From assembly GCA_035906055.1 (NCBI GenBank), contig JAMIFV010000016.1:2210-66209 (forward strand): a stretch of DNA of 64,000 nt, in the 5' to 3' direction. The notes below the pieces were generated by a model. It made no database searches. It saw nothing but the letters and a program-made list of their open reading frames with translations, and was not told the origin of the DNA. This stretch comes from Alphaproteobacteria bacterium (GTDB lineage: Bacteria; Pseudomonadota; Alphaproteobacteria; Rickettsiales; JABCZZ01). Every line of letters starts with the position of its first letter. Position 1 is the first letter of the stretch. Position numbers and translations under genes: made by a program. Positions 37,095 through 46,170 of the stretch are shown here, in pieces.

Positions 37095-38027
37095 TTAATC
37101 AATAGGCCTTATGTGGGATATGGCCAGTTCCTGCACAGCCTGCAAAACGCTGGAGACCGGCATTTTGAGCATATAGGAAACATCACGCTTTTCCGGCTCG
37201 CCGGGCATAAAATCATGGGTGGTGAGTATCTTTACATGCGTTGCGCGGGGAGCGTAGGTTTTGTCATTGGAGGGGCCGTAAATGCCCACCGCAGGCCTGC
37301 CCAGTGCCGCGGCCATATGCAGCAGGCCGGAATCATTGCCGATGAACAGTTTCGCCTTTTCCAGCACGGCGATGGCCGTGGGCAGGTCGGTGCTGCCGCA
37401 AAGGTCGATCATGTTCTCCTCAGGCAATGCTTCCACAAGCGGGCGCACGGATTCCCGCTGCTCTTTGGTAGCCAGCACAACGCAGGCGATGTCCGGGTGT
37501 TGCTGATGCAGATGCCGCGCCACTTCGGCAAAGCGCTCTATTGGCCAGTCCTTGGCGGTGGAATTGGTCTTGGGAGCTATTACATGAAACGGGCGGTCAG
37601 GCAGCAACGCATGCGCCCTGGCGCGGCCTTCTTCGCTTACCCATAGCCGTGTCGGCGGGGGAGTGATGCCCATCATGGCTGAGAGCTGCCCGGCCTTGGA
37701 AAGTGATTTATCAGGGCTGGTAAACACATAACGCTTTTTGCAGGGGATAAGATAGCTCAGAAGCGATCCGCGCAGATCCACCACGATGTCCCATTCCGTG
37801 CTGCGGGTCTGTTTCCATAAACTGATCCAGTGCCGGTTCATCGGCAGTTTGGTGATGGGCAGGACGTTTTTGACGCGGGGACAGGGTAAAAATAGTGGCG
37901 AAGATGCAACACCTGCGGCAATTGTGAATTCTGCTTCCGGGTGCTGATCCATCAGCCAACCGAGAATTCCCGTGGATATGACCGCATCTCCGATGCTTCC
38001 GCTGGTAACGAACAGTATGTGTTTCAT
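37095..38027 (-). CDS. Glycosyltransferase family 9 (heptosyltransferase-like)
   Basis: ILFVTSGSIGDAV and GNDSGLLHMAAALGRP. Confidence 0.8.
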   Translation of the reverse strand: MKHILFVTSGSIGDAVISTGILGWLMDQHPEAEFTIAAGVASSPLFLPCPRVKNVLPITKLPMNRHWISLWKQTRSTEWDIVVDLRGSLLSYLIPCKKRYVFTSPDKSLSKAGQLSAMMGITPPPTRLWVSEEGRARAHALLPDRPFHVIAPKTNSTAKDWPIERFAEVARHLHQQHPDIACVVLATKEQRESVRPLVEALPEENMIDLCGSTDLPTAIAVLEKAKLFIGNDSGLLHMAAALGRPAVGIYGPSNDKTYAPRATHVKILTTHDFMPGEPEKRDVSYMLKMPVSSVLQAVQELAISHIRPID

Positions 38028-38105
38028 CGCGCAGCATTATAGCGCGGGCTTGACGTTGCTTCGACAAAAAATTTTAATACTTGCGTTAATTCTCTGGAAG
38101 AAAAT

Positions 38106-38732
38106 ATGAACGCGAATTCTATGGTTGCCACCGATTTTTCCGACCCCCTGTCTGGCAGGCATGCGGGGTTCTGGGTGCGCTGTGTCGCCGCACATATCGA
38201 CATCATGTTAATCCTTCCCGTTTACTGGGGCATCCGCGCTGTTGTGGGGTACGATCAGCTACTGCTGGCGCAATGCTTTTTTGCAGTGATCGCCATATTC
38301 TTCTATGCGTGTTTTTTCTCCAGCAGGTGGCATGCAACGCCGGGTCTTAAGCTGCTGGGTGTGCATGTGGTAGACCGTCAGGGACAGGCCGTTGGCTTTT
38401 CGCAGGCGCTTAAATGGGGCATTGTCACTACGATCTGCGTTGTGATCTGTTGCGGCGGGTTTCTGTATATGCAGTACCGCTTCGACCTTTACGGCGTGCT
38501 CCAGCTCCTGCAAAGCTGTTACGAAGAAAACGTAATGATGGAAGATTGCCTGGCGGAAGTGGATAATATCATTGACGTGCCCTTCGACACTTTCCAGATA
38601 ATGCTGCAGGGATCCTCGCTGCTTACCGCGTTCATGCTGCTCATCTGGACGCTCTCAGTGGCGTTGACGCAGGATAAAAGCGGGTTCCATAATTTGATCA
38701 GCAATACGCGCTTTATAAAAGGCAGGGCCTGA
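38106..38732 (+). CDS. RDD-family membrane protein
   Basis: GFWVRCVAAHIDIMLILP with a later RWHATPG..VVDRQG pattern. Polytopic. Confidence 0.55.
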   Translation: MNANSMVATDFSDPLSGRHAGFWVRCVAAHIDIMLILPVYWGIRAVVGYDQLLLAQCFFAVIAIFFYACFFSSRWHATPGLKLLGVHVVDRQGQAVGFSQALKWGIVTTICVVICCGGFLYMQYRFDLYGVLQLLQSCYEENVMMEDCLAEVDNIIDVPFDTFQIMLQGSSLLTAFMLLIWTLSVALTQDKSGFHNLISNTRFIKGRA

Positions 38733-38863
38733 ATTATTGGGGGGCACGCTGCCCCCTCTCGGCTCCGCCGATTCACCCCTGCGAGGTCGTCGCTACGCTC
38801 CTCCATACCTACGGCTACACACTGGAATAGACACCGTTGCCGTAAGCGCGGAGGGGTCCTAAA

Positions 38864-41800
38864 TCAATTCAAAGATTTTACAGGTTCATCCGGTGCGGTG
38901 AGTGTAGCAGCTTCGGATTTTCCCTTGGCCTCCTTCCTCGCATTATCAATGAAGGATTTCACCGTGCTGATGTCCTTATCGAGGTTGGAGAGGTTATTGT
39001 AGTCGATGCTGCCCGATTCGCTGGTGATGAACAGGAAGCTTTCCTTATTGGGATTATTCTTCAGAAGAGGCGTGAAATAATCCCTCAGATACTGGATCTG
39101 GCCGGAATCCTGTTCATAGACATATGCGGTGGCAAGCTTGAGCAGCACTTCGGACTCCGGCAGCGTCAGCGCGGCGCTGGGGTCGTTGCGGTTGCTGAGG
39201 ATTTCCTCCGCCATGGCCACCACGTTGGGCCAGTCCCAGTTTGTCCAGTAGACTGACAGCCTGAGCAGGTTACCCTCCGCGCTGGCGTCGCTGCTGAGTA
39301 CCTCAATGGCTTTATCAAGCTGCCCTTGCTGCGCCAGCGCCTGCGCGGTGAGGCGGATGCGCGAAAGCTGGATATCCGCACCAAGGTCGCCATAGCCGGA
39401 TATTTTAAGTATCTCCAGCGCCTGTTTGGGCTGGCGGTTCATGAGGTATATCTCGGCCAGCCTTGCGCCGACGCGGCTGCGTTCGGCCCCCTGCAGGCGG
39501 TTTTTTATCTGGTGGCTGAGCAATTGCGACGCGCGTTCGAGCAGATCCATCTTCACCAGTCTTTCGGCAAGGTTGCGGATCATGAGGTCGCCTTCAGTGC
39601 CGGTGGGTACAAGGTCCCTGAATTCATAGAAAAGGGAGAGTCCTGTAAGCGGCGGCATTTCGCTGGCGGCACCTTTATTGAACAGTTTCACGAATACGGA
39701 TTGCATCTTGCGCGCGGTGGTGATGGCTTCAGGCATGTCGGAGTAATAGGCGACGATATCCCTCCATGCGCGCAGCGCCCTCACATAGTCTTTCTGCTCA
39801 AGATAAAGGTTGCCCAGCAGCGTGAGCACGTTGAGTTCCAGCGCGTCGCCGCGCCAGACGATGCGTAGTTTTTCAAGGCGTTTTACCGCTTCGTCATAGG
39901 GAATCTTTTCTTCGCGCAGGTACATGTTGACCAGCGAGAACTCCGCGCGCGCCCTTATCAGCGGGTCGTTCACATCGCCCGCCTGGCGTTCCCATATTTT
40001 GGCGGCTTCTTCTTCATCGCCGGTTTCCGAAAGTATCTTGGCGCGCATGAAGTCGAAATATTTCTTCACCGGCTCGTCCAGCGCGTCCTTCTGCAGTGCA
40101 AGAAACACGGCGCTGGCATGTTCGTAATGTTTACGCTCCACGAGCTTGTCCGTCACCAGAAGCGCCAGTTTCTGGATAAAGGTGGGGGGATAATAGGCGA
40201 TAGTGGTGTTGTAATACTTGCTGAAATCGAACGTATCCCTGCTTTCTCCCGTAGCCATGGCAATAAGGTCCTGCCACATTTTAACCTCAGGCAGGCCTGC
40301 CAGTTCTCCCGCTGTAAAATCGCGCTCCGCTTCGGGGTAACGCTGGCGGAAGAAATTGGCCGCGCCGCGCATGGTGGCGACCTTGTTTTCTTTGTAGAAC
40401 GTATCGCTGCTGCGCAATATGTCGTTGGCCATGCCGTTGGCTTCGGCAAAAAGCCCTTCGGCGAGGAATATCTGCAGCAGGCGCAGGCGCGCTTTATTGG
40501 CAGCGTCCGGCTTGGCCGAATATATGGTTTTGAACAGGTCTTTCTGCGTCTGCACGAACTGTCTGGGATCATCCAGCTTCCACACGGCATAAGGAAACAA
40601 TACCGGGGGGATCTTACGCGAGAGTGAAGCCGATTTGATGTCTTCCAGCTCTTTCTTGAATTCCGCCGAGATGGCGAGCCCATTGCCGGAAGTGATGCTG
40701 ATGGCGTGGTCTTCCTGCGCCACGGCCACATCGTCGGTGATCTTGTGCACCACCACACCCTGCGCGGTTACCGGCAGCGCAAATTCAACGAACCTGCGTT
40801 CGGTATCAATACCGGTGCCAGCGCCTGATACCGGCACCATGTAGAGCGTAGCGCCGGTTTGCGGGTCGGATGCGGAAACGACCTTGCCGGTTTTGGCGGC
40901 TTCAATGCTGATGCTGTTTTTGTTTTCTGCCGTAGTAAGCGAGGGTATCAGCAATTTGCCGGGGGAAGCAGGGCGTTCGGAGAGGATGAGGGCGAGTTTT
41001 CCATCCGCTTGCGCTGTTACATAGGGCTCTACCTGTTTGCCGGGGGCGATCTCAAGGATGCTGCCCTGCTGCGCCTGAATCACCTTTACCGGATAACTGA
41101 GTTGCCTGTTCTCATTCCTGAGCTGGCTTTCCGACAGTTTGAGTGTGTCGTCGGCGACGATCCATATATTCTGTCCCTGCGTGAACACCGCAACCGGGTC
41201 GTCAGCAAGCAGGGGCAGCATTATCTTCTCGCCCGTTATTTCCGCAGCGGGCATGGCCTGTGCTATCTGGGCAGCACTGGCCGCAGGCAGAGGTTCAGCT
41301 TTCACGGCTGCTTCGGACTCCTCAGTATGCCCTGCGGCAGGGCTGAGCCGGGTAAGCGAGATATAGTCATCCACAAGCGCGGGGGAGGCGGCGATTTCGC
41401 TTTCCACTGGCTTGCTGAGCGGTGTGGCTGCCTCAGCAGGCGCAGGCACGGGAGCGGGCGGAATTGCCGTGGGGGAAAGCGAGGGTATGGCGACAGCGGC
41501 CACGGCGCTGGCTACCGGCGCGGCTACAGGCGCAAGGGGGGCGGCCACGGGGGCTAAGGATGTGGCGATCGTCGCTAAAGACGTCGCAGGAGCCGCCGGG
41601 GCGGGTTTGGTGAATGTTGGAGAGGCGGAAGCAACAGGAGGTGTTTTTTCGGCCTTTTTCTTCGGCTCTTTTTTAGCCGGATCCCTGGTCTTTTTTGACT
41701 TTCTGGATTCCGGCGGTGTCATCGTGCTGATGGGGCGCGGTTTTCTTGGTCTGGTTTTGAGGTCAACACCGTTCTTGGCGAAGTCTATGCCGTCACGTTT

Positions 41801-42142
41801 ATACACCAGAAAGCTTTTGGCATCCGCCGGGTTGCTGAGCGTAAGCACCACGGTCCTGCCGCCGTTTTTAGATTCCACTTCCCTGAGCACAGGCGTGAGC
41901 GCGGCGAGGGCACGGTCCCATTTGAGTTTTACCGGGTTTTTGAAATTGAGGATAACCTTGTCGTCACGCGTCTCGGTCTTGAAATCGACTTTGGAGCGTG
42001 AGTCCCAGCTGAATACGAGCTTTGCGCCTTTTTCCGTGATTTCAGAACTGACATAGCCGGTATCTTCAGCAAATGCCGCAGCCGTCATCCCCGACAGGAT
42101 AAACAAAGATAAAGCCACGATTTTTGAAAGCCCTGCGCGCAT
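38864..42142 (-). CDS. Large secreted repeat protein (Pro/Ala-rich linker, helical TPR-like C-terminal half)
   Basis: 1092 aa with signal peptide MRAGLSKIVALSLFILSGMTAAAFA. Low-complexity run LAPVAAPLAPVAAPVASAVAAVA. The C-terminal region is rich in TPR-like helices. No confident family call. Confidence 0.4.
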   Translation of the reverse strand: MRAGLSKIVALSLFILSGMTAAAFAEDTGYVSSEITEKGAKLVFSWDSRSKVDFKTETRDDKVILNFKNPVKLKWDRALAALTPVLREVESKNGGRTVVLTLSNPADAKSFLVYKRDGIDFAKNGVDLKTRPRKPRPISTMTPPESRKSKKTRDPAKKEPKKKAEKTPPVASASPTFTKPAPAAPATSLATIATSLAPVAAPLAPVAAPVASAVAAVAIPSLSPTAIPPAPVPAPAEAATPLSKPVESEIAASPALVDDYISLTRLSPAAGHTEESEAAVKAEPLPAASAAQIAQAMPAAEITGEKIMLPLLADDPVAVFTQGQNIWIVADDTLKLSESQLRNENRQLSYPVKVIQAQQGSILEIAPGKQVEPYVTAQADGKLALILSERPASPGKLLIPSLTTAENKNSISIEAAKTGKVVSASDPQTGATLYMVPVSGAGTGIDTERRFVEFALPVTAQGVVVHKITDDVAVAQEDHAISITSGNGLAISAEFKKELEDIKSASLSRKIPPVLFPYAVWKLDDPRQFVQTQKDLFKTIYSAKPDAANKARLRLLQIFLAEGLFAEANGMANDILRSSDTFYKENKVATMRGAANFFRQRYPEAERDFTAGELAGLPEVKMWQDLIAMATGESRDTFDFSKYYNTTIAYYPPTFIQKLALLVTDKLVERKHYEHASAVFLALQKDALDEPVKKYFDFMRAKILSETGDEEEAAKIWERQAGDVNDPLIRARAEFSLVNMYLREEKIPYDEAVKRLEKLRIVWRGDALELNVLTLLGNLYLEQKDYVRALRAWRDIVAYYSDMPEAITTARKMQSVFVKLFNKGAASEMPPLTGLSLFYEFRDLVPTGTEGDLMIRNLAERLVKMDLLERASQLLSHQIKNRLQGAERSRVGARLAEIYLMNRQPKQALEILKISGYGDLGADIQLSRIRLTAQALAQQGQLDKAIEVLSSDASAEGNLLRLSVYWTNWDWPNVVAMAEEILSNRNDPSAALTLPESEVLLKLATAYVYEQDSGQIQYLRDYFTPLLKNNPNKESFLFITSESGSIDYNNLSNLDKDISTVKSFIDNARKEAKGKSEAATLTAPDEPVKSLN

Positions 42143-42207
42143 ATGCTGCAGAGATTATTCCTCTGCGTGGTAAGCAGCAAGCGATAAATGAAAATTCGTT
42201 TTCCGGC

Positions 42208-42855
42208 TTAGTTACTTAGCTTGCCGAACATGGCGTCGATTTCGGCTTGTGAAGGGGCGTGTCCCGGAAGCTGCGGTCCGTTGAGCAGGCTGTCATCTTC
42301 CTTAGCGGCGGAGGTGATTGCTTCCGGTGCGATAGTGCCGTCGCTGGAGAACAGGCCAATGAGCTTGCGGATCTTTGCCTCGGTAAAATCAAGGGCCGTC
42401 ATCACTTTTTTGATACGCTGGCCGGTCAGGTCCTGGAAGTTGCAGGCCTCATAGATGCGTGCGGTGATATCGGTGATCTGGTTCTTCAGCGCGTCATCCG
42501 CTTTGGAAGCGCCGACCGTATTTTGTATCTCGTCGGCGGCGTCCATGATGGTATGGGCCGCTTCTTCGGTGGCTTTCACCACGGCATCGAGCTGCACGGC
42601 GGCGCCGCCGATGGTATGCGTTTCTTCGGCACCGGGGGAGAGCGCCAGTATCTCGTTCTTGGTGGCCTGGATATGGTTGGCGATCTTGGTGATCTCGTCC
42701 CTGAGGAACACTTCGGTAGCGGAGCTGCCGGGAGTGATGGCGGAAACCAGCTTCTCAAGGATGCCGCTTACGTCTTCAATGGGGACCACGCCTTTTTCAC
42801 CCTTGATGGTGGCGAGTTCCTGGGCGATGGTCGCGCGAAGGTCATTACTGGACAT
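42208..42855 (-). CDS. cheZ: CheZ-like CheY-P phosphatase
   Basis: Active-site region NFQDLTGQRIKKV. Sits next to cheY. Confidence 0.8.
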   Translation of the reverse strand: MSSNDLRATIAQELATIKGEKGVVPIEDVSGILEKLVSAITPGSSATEVFLRDEITKIANHIQATKNEILALSPGAEETHTIGGAAVQLDAVVKATEEAAHTIMDAADEIQNTVGASKADDALKNQITDITARIYEACNFQDLTGQRIKKVMTALDFTEAKIRKLIGLFSSDGTIAPEAITSAAKEDDSLLNGPQLPGHAPSQAEIDAMFGKLSN

Positions 42856-42872
42856 GGGGAGCGTCTCTGTTG

Positions 42873-43259
42873 TTAGAACTGGCCAAGCACTGCGGTAAGC
42901 TTAGACTTAAGCGTTTCCGCGTTGAACGGCTTGACGATATAGTTGCTCACGCCTGCCTTAACGGCGGCGGCCACGTTCTCGGCCTTGCTTTCAGCGGTGA
43001 TGAGGATGAAAGGCACAGCCTTGTATTTTTCGTCGGCGCGCACGTTTTTCAGCAGGTCGAAACCGGTCATCGGCTCCATGTTCCAGTCGGAGATAACGAG
43101 GCCGTAGGTCTTCTCCTTGAGCTTCTCTAACGCCATGGTGCCGTCGGTCGCTTCATCGACGTTTTCAAAGCCGATCTGCTTGAGAAGGTTGCGGATGATA
43201 CGCAGCATGGTCTTGTAATCATCCACAATAAGGATATTCATGTTTTTATCGACAGCCAT
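42873..43259 (-). CDS. cheY: Chemotaxis response regulator CheY
   Basis: 128-aa single receiver domain: ILIVDDYKTM, VISDWNMEPMTG, ITAESK, YIVKPF. Confidence 0.9.
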   Translation of the reverse strand: MAVDKNMNILIVDDYKTMLRIIRNLLKQIGFENVDEATDGTMALEKLKEKTYGLVISDWNMEPMTGFDLLKNVRADEKYKAVPFILITAESKAENVAAAVKAGVSNYIVKPFNAETLKSKLTAVLGQF

Positions 43260-43319
43260 AGTTACTCCAGAAAGACAAAAAATAACGGTTTCAATTGAGG
43301 TTACTTTAGGGAATAATAT

Positions 43320-43334
43320 TTAAGGCTTGGTTAA
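43320..43334. promoter_or_regulatory. Candidate CtrA box (TTAA-N7-TTAA) upstream of cheY
   Basis: ttaaggcttggttaa is an exact pattern match, 61-75 bp upstream of the cheY start codon. Confidence 0.3.
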
Positions 43335-43477
43335 GAACCTGTTCATCATCTCTGCTGTGGCTGGCTGCAACCAGTGATTTTCTGCGATCCGCTACTCATG
43401 TACCGCTATGTACATTGCGTTGCGGTTCTTAAAAATCCCTGTTTTCGCTACGCCCCAGCGAAATCATGAACAGGCTC
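43335..43477. mobile_element. MITE-like element related to family A (about 22-bp terminal inverted repeats)
   Basis: Left end is gaacctgttcatcatctctgctg. Reverse complement of the right end is gagcctgttcatgatttcgctg. The core ctcatgtaccgctatgtacattgcg resembles the family A core. Confidence 0.65.
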
Positions 43478-43528
43478 CGAGTGAATAGTTGTATTTTTGC
43501 ACCAATTTTTAAGGATTGCAGAGGGGTT

Positions 43529-43723
43529 ATGCGGTGGACGGACGTGCGGGAAATAGCGATTGCGCTTGAGGATGCGCACCCGGAAAAGGACAATGTGAAC
43601 CTTCGTTTCACCGACCTGCGCGGCTGGGTTCTGGCGCTGCCGGGTTTTGCCGACAAGCCCGACGGCTGTAATGAAAAGATACTGGAAGCTATCCAGTCCT
43701 GCTGGATTGAAGAACGTGACTGA
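43529..43723 (+). CDS. iscX: IscX-like Fe-S assembly protein
   Basis: MRWTDVREIAIALEDAHPEKDNVNLRFTDLRGWV...NEKILEAIQSCWIEE closely parallels E. coli IscX as I recall it. The ATG at 43529 is preferred over the track start at 43466. Confidence 0.8.
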   Translation: MRWTDVREIAIALEDAHPEKDNVNLRFTDLRGWVLALPGFADKPDGCNEKILEAIQSCWIEERD

Positions 43724-44216
43724 ACTTCAAAAACTGCCCCATATTAAGACAATAGAAGGCCTCACGTTACATGCGTCGGGTGAAATTGCCGCAGCGATAG
43801 CCATGCTTCTGATTGCAGGCGACTTGGTGACGCTGCGCGGCGAGGTGGGGGCAGGCAAAACCAGTTTTGCGCAGAAGCTTATTTACGCGCTGGCCCCGGA
43901 TGCGGGCGATGTGACCAGCCCTACCTTCAACCTCATGCAATCCTATGATGTTACGCTTGCCTCAGGGCAAGGGGATATCCTCTGGCATCTGGACCTTTAC
44001 CGGCTGGAAGAGGCAAGCGAGGCTGCGGCGCTGGGACTCGATGAACTGGAAGCGCATATCATGCTCATCGAATGGCCGGAAATAATCGAGAAGCAGTTAC
44101 CCGGAGCAAGGCTGGATATTTATTTTACGTTTGGCGATGACGCGGAAAAGCGCACGCTGCTATTGCATGGAAACGAGGGCTGGCGAAAACGGCTTGGCGC
44201 ATTACGTGCGGCATGA
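43716..44216 (+). CDS. tsaE: tRNA t6A biosynthesis ATPase TsaE
   Basis: LRGEVGAGKTSFAQ, SPTFNLMQSY and HLDLYRL. Start uncertain: GTG at 43716, or earlier in the track ORF from 43647. Confidence 0.8.
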   Translation: MTELQKLPHIKTIEGLTLHASGEIAAAIAMLLIAGDLVTLRGEVGAGKTSFAQKLIYALAPDAGDVTSPTFNLMQSYDVTLASGQGDILWHLDLYRLEEASEAAALGLDELEAHIMLIEWPEIIEKQLPGARLDIYFTFGDDAEKRTLLLHGNEGWRKRLGALRAA

Positions 44217-44234
44217 CAGAAAGAGAATAGGCTT

Positions 44235-45257
44235 ATGACACGTTCTGAACAGATCAATGCATTTCTTGCCTCTGCCGGATGGGGCAGTGCCTCGCGTGTG
44301 CCGCTCGCGGGCGATGCGTCTTTCCGCCGTTATGAACGGGTGCATATGGACGGCAAACAGGCCGTGCTGATGGATGCGCCGCCGCCGCAAGAGGACGTGC
44401 GGCCATTCATCCGGGCGGGCGAGGCCTTGCAGGCGCTGGCCTTAAGTGCTCCGCGCATATTGCATGCGGATGTGGAGAAGGGGTTTTTGCTGCTGGAAGA
44501 TTTAGGCGACGATCTTTATTCCCGCGTGCTGCGTGAAAACCCGGAACCGGAGCTGGAGCTTTACCGCGAAGCATCGCGCGTGCTGGAGCAATTATATCAT
44601 GAAGAACATAAAGCGGAGCTTTCCGCGTTCCCGGCATATGATGAGGCGTTGCTCCTGCGCGAATGTATGCTGCTGGCCGAGTGGTTCCTGCCTGCCGTGA
44701 TGAAGCAGGAGCAGGCGGCAACGCTTGCCGAAGAATACCGCCAGCTATGGATGAAGCTGCTGAAGGCGTTGCCGCCGCTGAAGCCCGTGCTGGTGATGCG
44801 TGACTATCACGCCGACAACCTGCTGTGGATGCCTGAACGCGAAGGCACGCGAAAAGTCGGCCTGCTGGATTTTCAGGATGCGGTAGCCGGTTCGCCTGCG
44901 TATGATATGGTTTCGTTCCTTGAAGATGCGCGGCGCGATGTGTCCAGTGCCACGGTCGCCGCCATAATCGAACAATATGTGAATTCCACAGGTATAAGGA
45001 AGGATGACTTCATGACGTCGTATGCGCTACTGGGGGCGCAGCGCAACTGCAAGATCATCGGCATCTTCGTGCGTTTGTGCGTGCGTGACGGTAAGCAGAA
45101 TTACCTCTCTTTCCTGCCGCGCGTGTGGGGGCATTTGCAGGCTGACCTGAAGCACCCGCAGATGAAAGAGCTGGCGCAGTGGATGGATAAACATATTAAA
45201 CCGCAATGGCGCGGGGTGATCAGTGCGCAACCTGCAAAGAAACAGGCGAGCGCATGA
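44235..45257 (+). CDS. Phosphotransferase family kinase (AmgK-like)
   Basis: APH-type fold (DASFRRYERV, RDYHADNLLW, LDFQDA). Conserved position between tsaE and a MurU-like gene. Confidence 0.7.
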   Translation: MTRSEQINAFLASAGWGSASRVPLAGDASFRRYERVHMDGKQAVLMDAPPPQEDVRPFIRAGEALQALALSAPRILHADVEKGFLLLEDLGDDLYSRVLRENPEPELELYREASRVLEQLYHEEHKAELSAFPAYDEALLLRECMLLAEWFLPAVMKQEQAATLAEEYRQLWMKLLKALPPLKPVLVMRDYHADNLLWMPEREGTRKVGLLDFQDAVAGSPAYDMVSFLEDARRDVSSATVAAIIEQYVNSTGIRKDDFMTSYALLGAQRNCKIIGIFVRLCVRDGKQNYLSFLPRVWGHLQADLKHPQMKELAQWMDKHIKPQWRGVISAQPAKKQASA

Positions 45258-45964
45258 GCATGGTAGTCACCAAAGGCATGGTGCTGGCGGCGGGCAGGGG
45301 CGAGCGCATGCGCCCGCTGACCGACCATATGCCAAAGCCCATGATAGAAGTGGCGGGGCGCTGTATGGCCGACCGCGCTATCGACCGGCTACTGGAAGCC
45401 CGCGTTACTGATATAGTGGTGAACACATCCTATAAGGCTGAGATGCTCGAAGCGCATCTGGGAAAACGCGGCAATATAACCTTCTCGCGTGAGGAAACGG
45501 CGCTGGAAACCGGCGGCGGCATAGCCAGGGCGCTGCCGCATTTCGGGCAGGAGCCGTTCTTCGTGGTGAATGGCGACATTATCTGGCTGGATACAAAACA
45601 ACCTGCATTGCTGCGTCTGGCGGCGTCATGGGATGATAATGTGGACGCGGTGCTGCTACTGCACCCGACCGGAAAAGCGGTTGGTTATGCCGGTGCAGGT
45701 GACTTTTTTTATGATGATAAAGGTTTTGCGCGCAGAGGAAGCAATGCTTCAGCGCCTTATGTTTTCGCTGGCGTTCAGTTGCTGCATCCAAGATTGTTCA
45801 GGGATGTGCCGCAGGGGGCCTTCTCCATGAACCTGCTATATGACCGGCTTATCAGCGCATCCCCGCAGCGGATTAAAGGGGTGATTCATGACGGAGAGTG
45901 GCTGCATGTGGGAGATGTGGGCGGTAAACAAAAGGCAGAAGCGATTCTCAGTTCTTTGAAATAA
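45254..45964 (+). CDS. Nucleotidyltransferase (MurU-like)
   Basis: GMVLAAGRGERMRPLTDHMPKPM. ATGA overlap with the upstream gene. Confidence 0.75.
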   Translation: MSMVVTKGMVLAAGRGERMRPLTDHMPKPMIEVAGRCMADRAIDRLLEARVTDIVVNTSYKAEMLEAHLGKRGNITFSREETALETGGGIARALPHFGQEPFFVVNGDIIWLDTKQPALLRLAASWDDNVDAVLLLHPTGKAVGYAGAGDFFYDDKGFARRGSNASAPYVFAGVQLLHPRLFRDVPQGAFSMNLLYDRLISASPQRIKGVIHDGEWLHVGDVGGKQKAEAILSSLK

Positions 45965-46170
45965 TTGTCATGCCGTACAAGCGGTCAGTAGACCGCGCGA
46001 TACGGTATCTATATTTCATCCGCAAGGAAGAAACATGACGCGGCAGCAGGCGCGTCGTGTACGATACTTCTCACACAGCAGGTCTGCTGACCTGCTACTA
46101 CACGTTCCAGCATGTGAAAGATGGATTCCAGATAAGCTCGCCTGCTGACTCGCTTTCTGGAATGACAATT
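45963..46170. repeat. 208-bp element with 12-bp terminal inverted repeats filling a convergent intergenic gap
   Basis: Left end aattgtcatgcc; reverse complement of the right end aattgtcattcc. Internal hairpins gcggtc/gaccgc and gcaggt/acctgc. The ends abut both flanking stop codons. Confidence 0.6.

Noticed and set aside
38733-38863. The intergenic segment after the RDD gene (ggggggcacgctgccccc hairpin and ctcggctccgcc... sequence) as another copy of repeat family A or B.
   Set aside because: Only short, loose similarity to the family A core, and no matching ends. I could not align it convincingly by eye.
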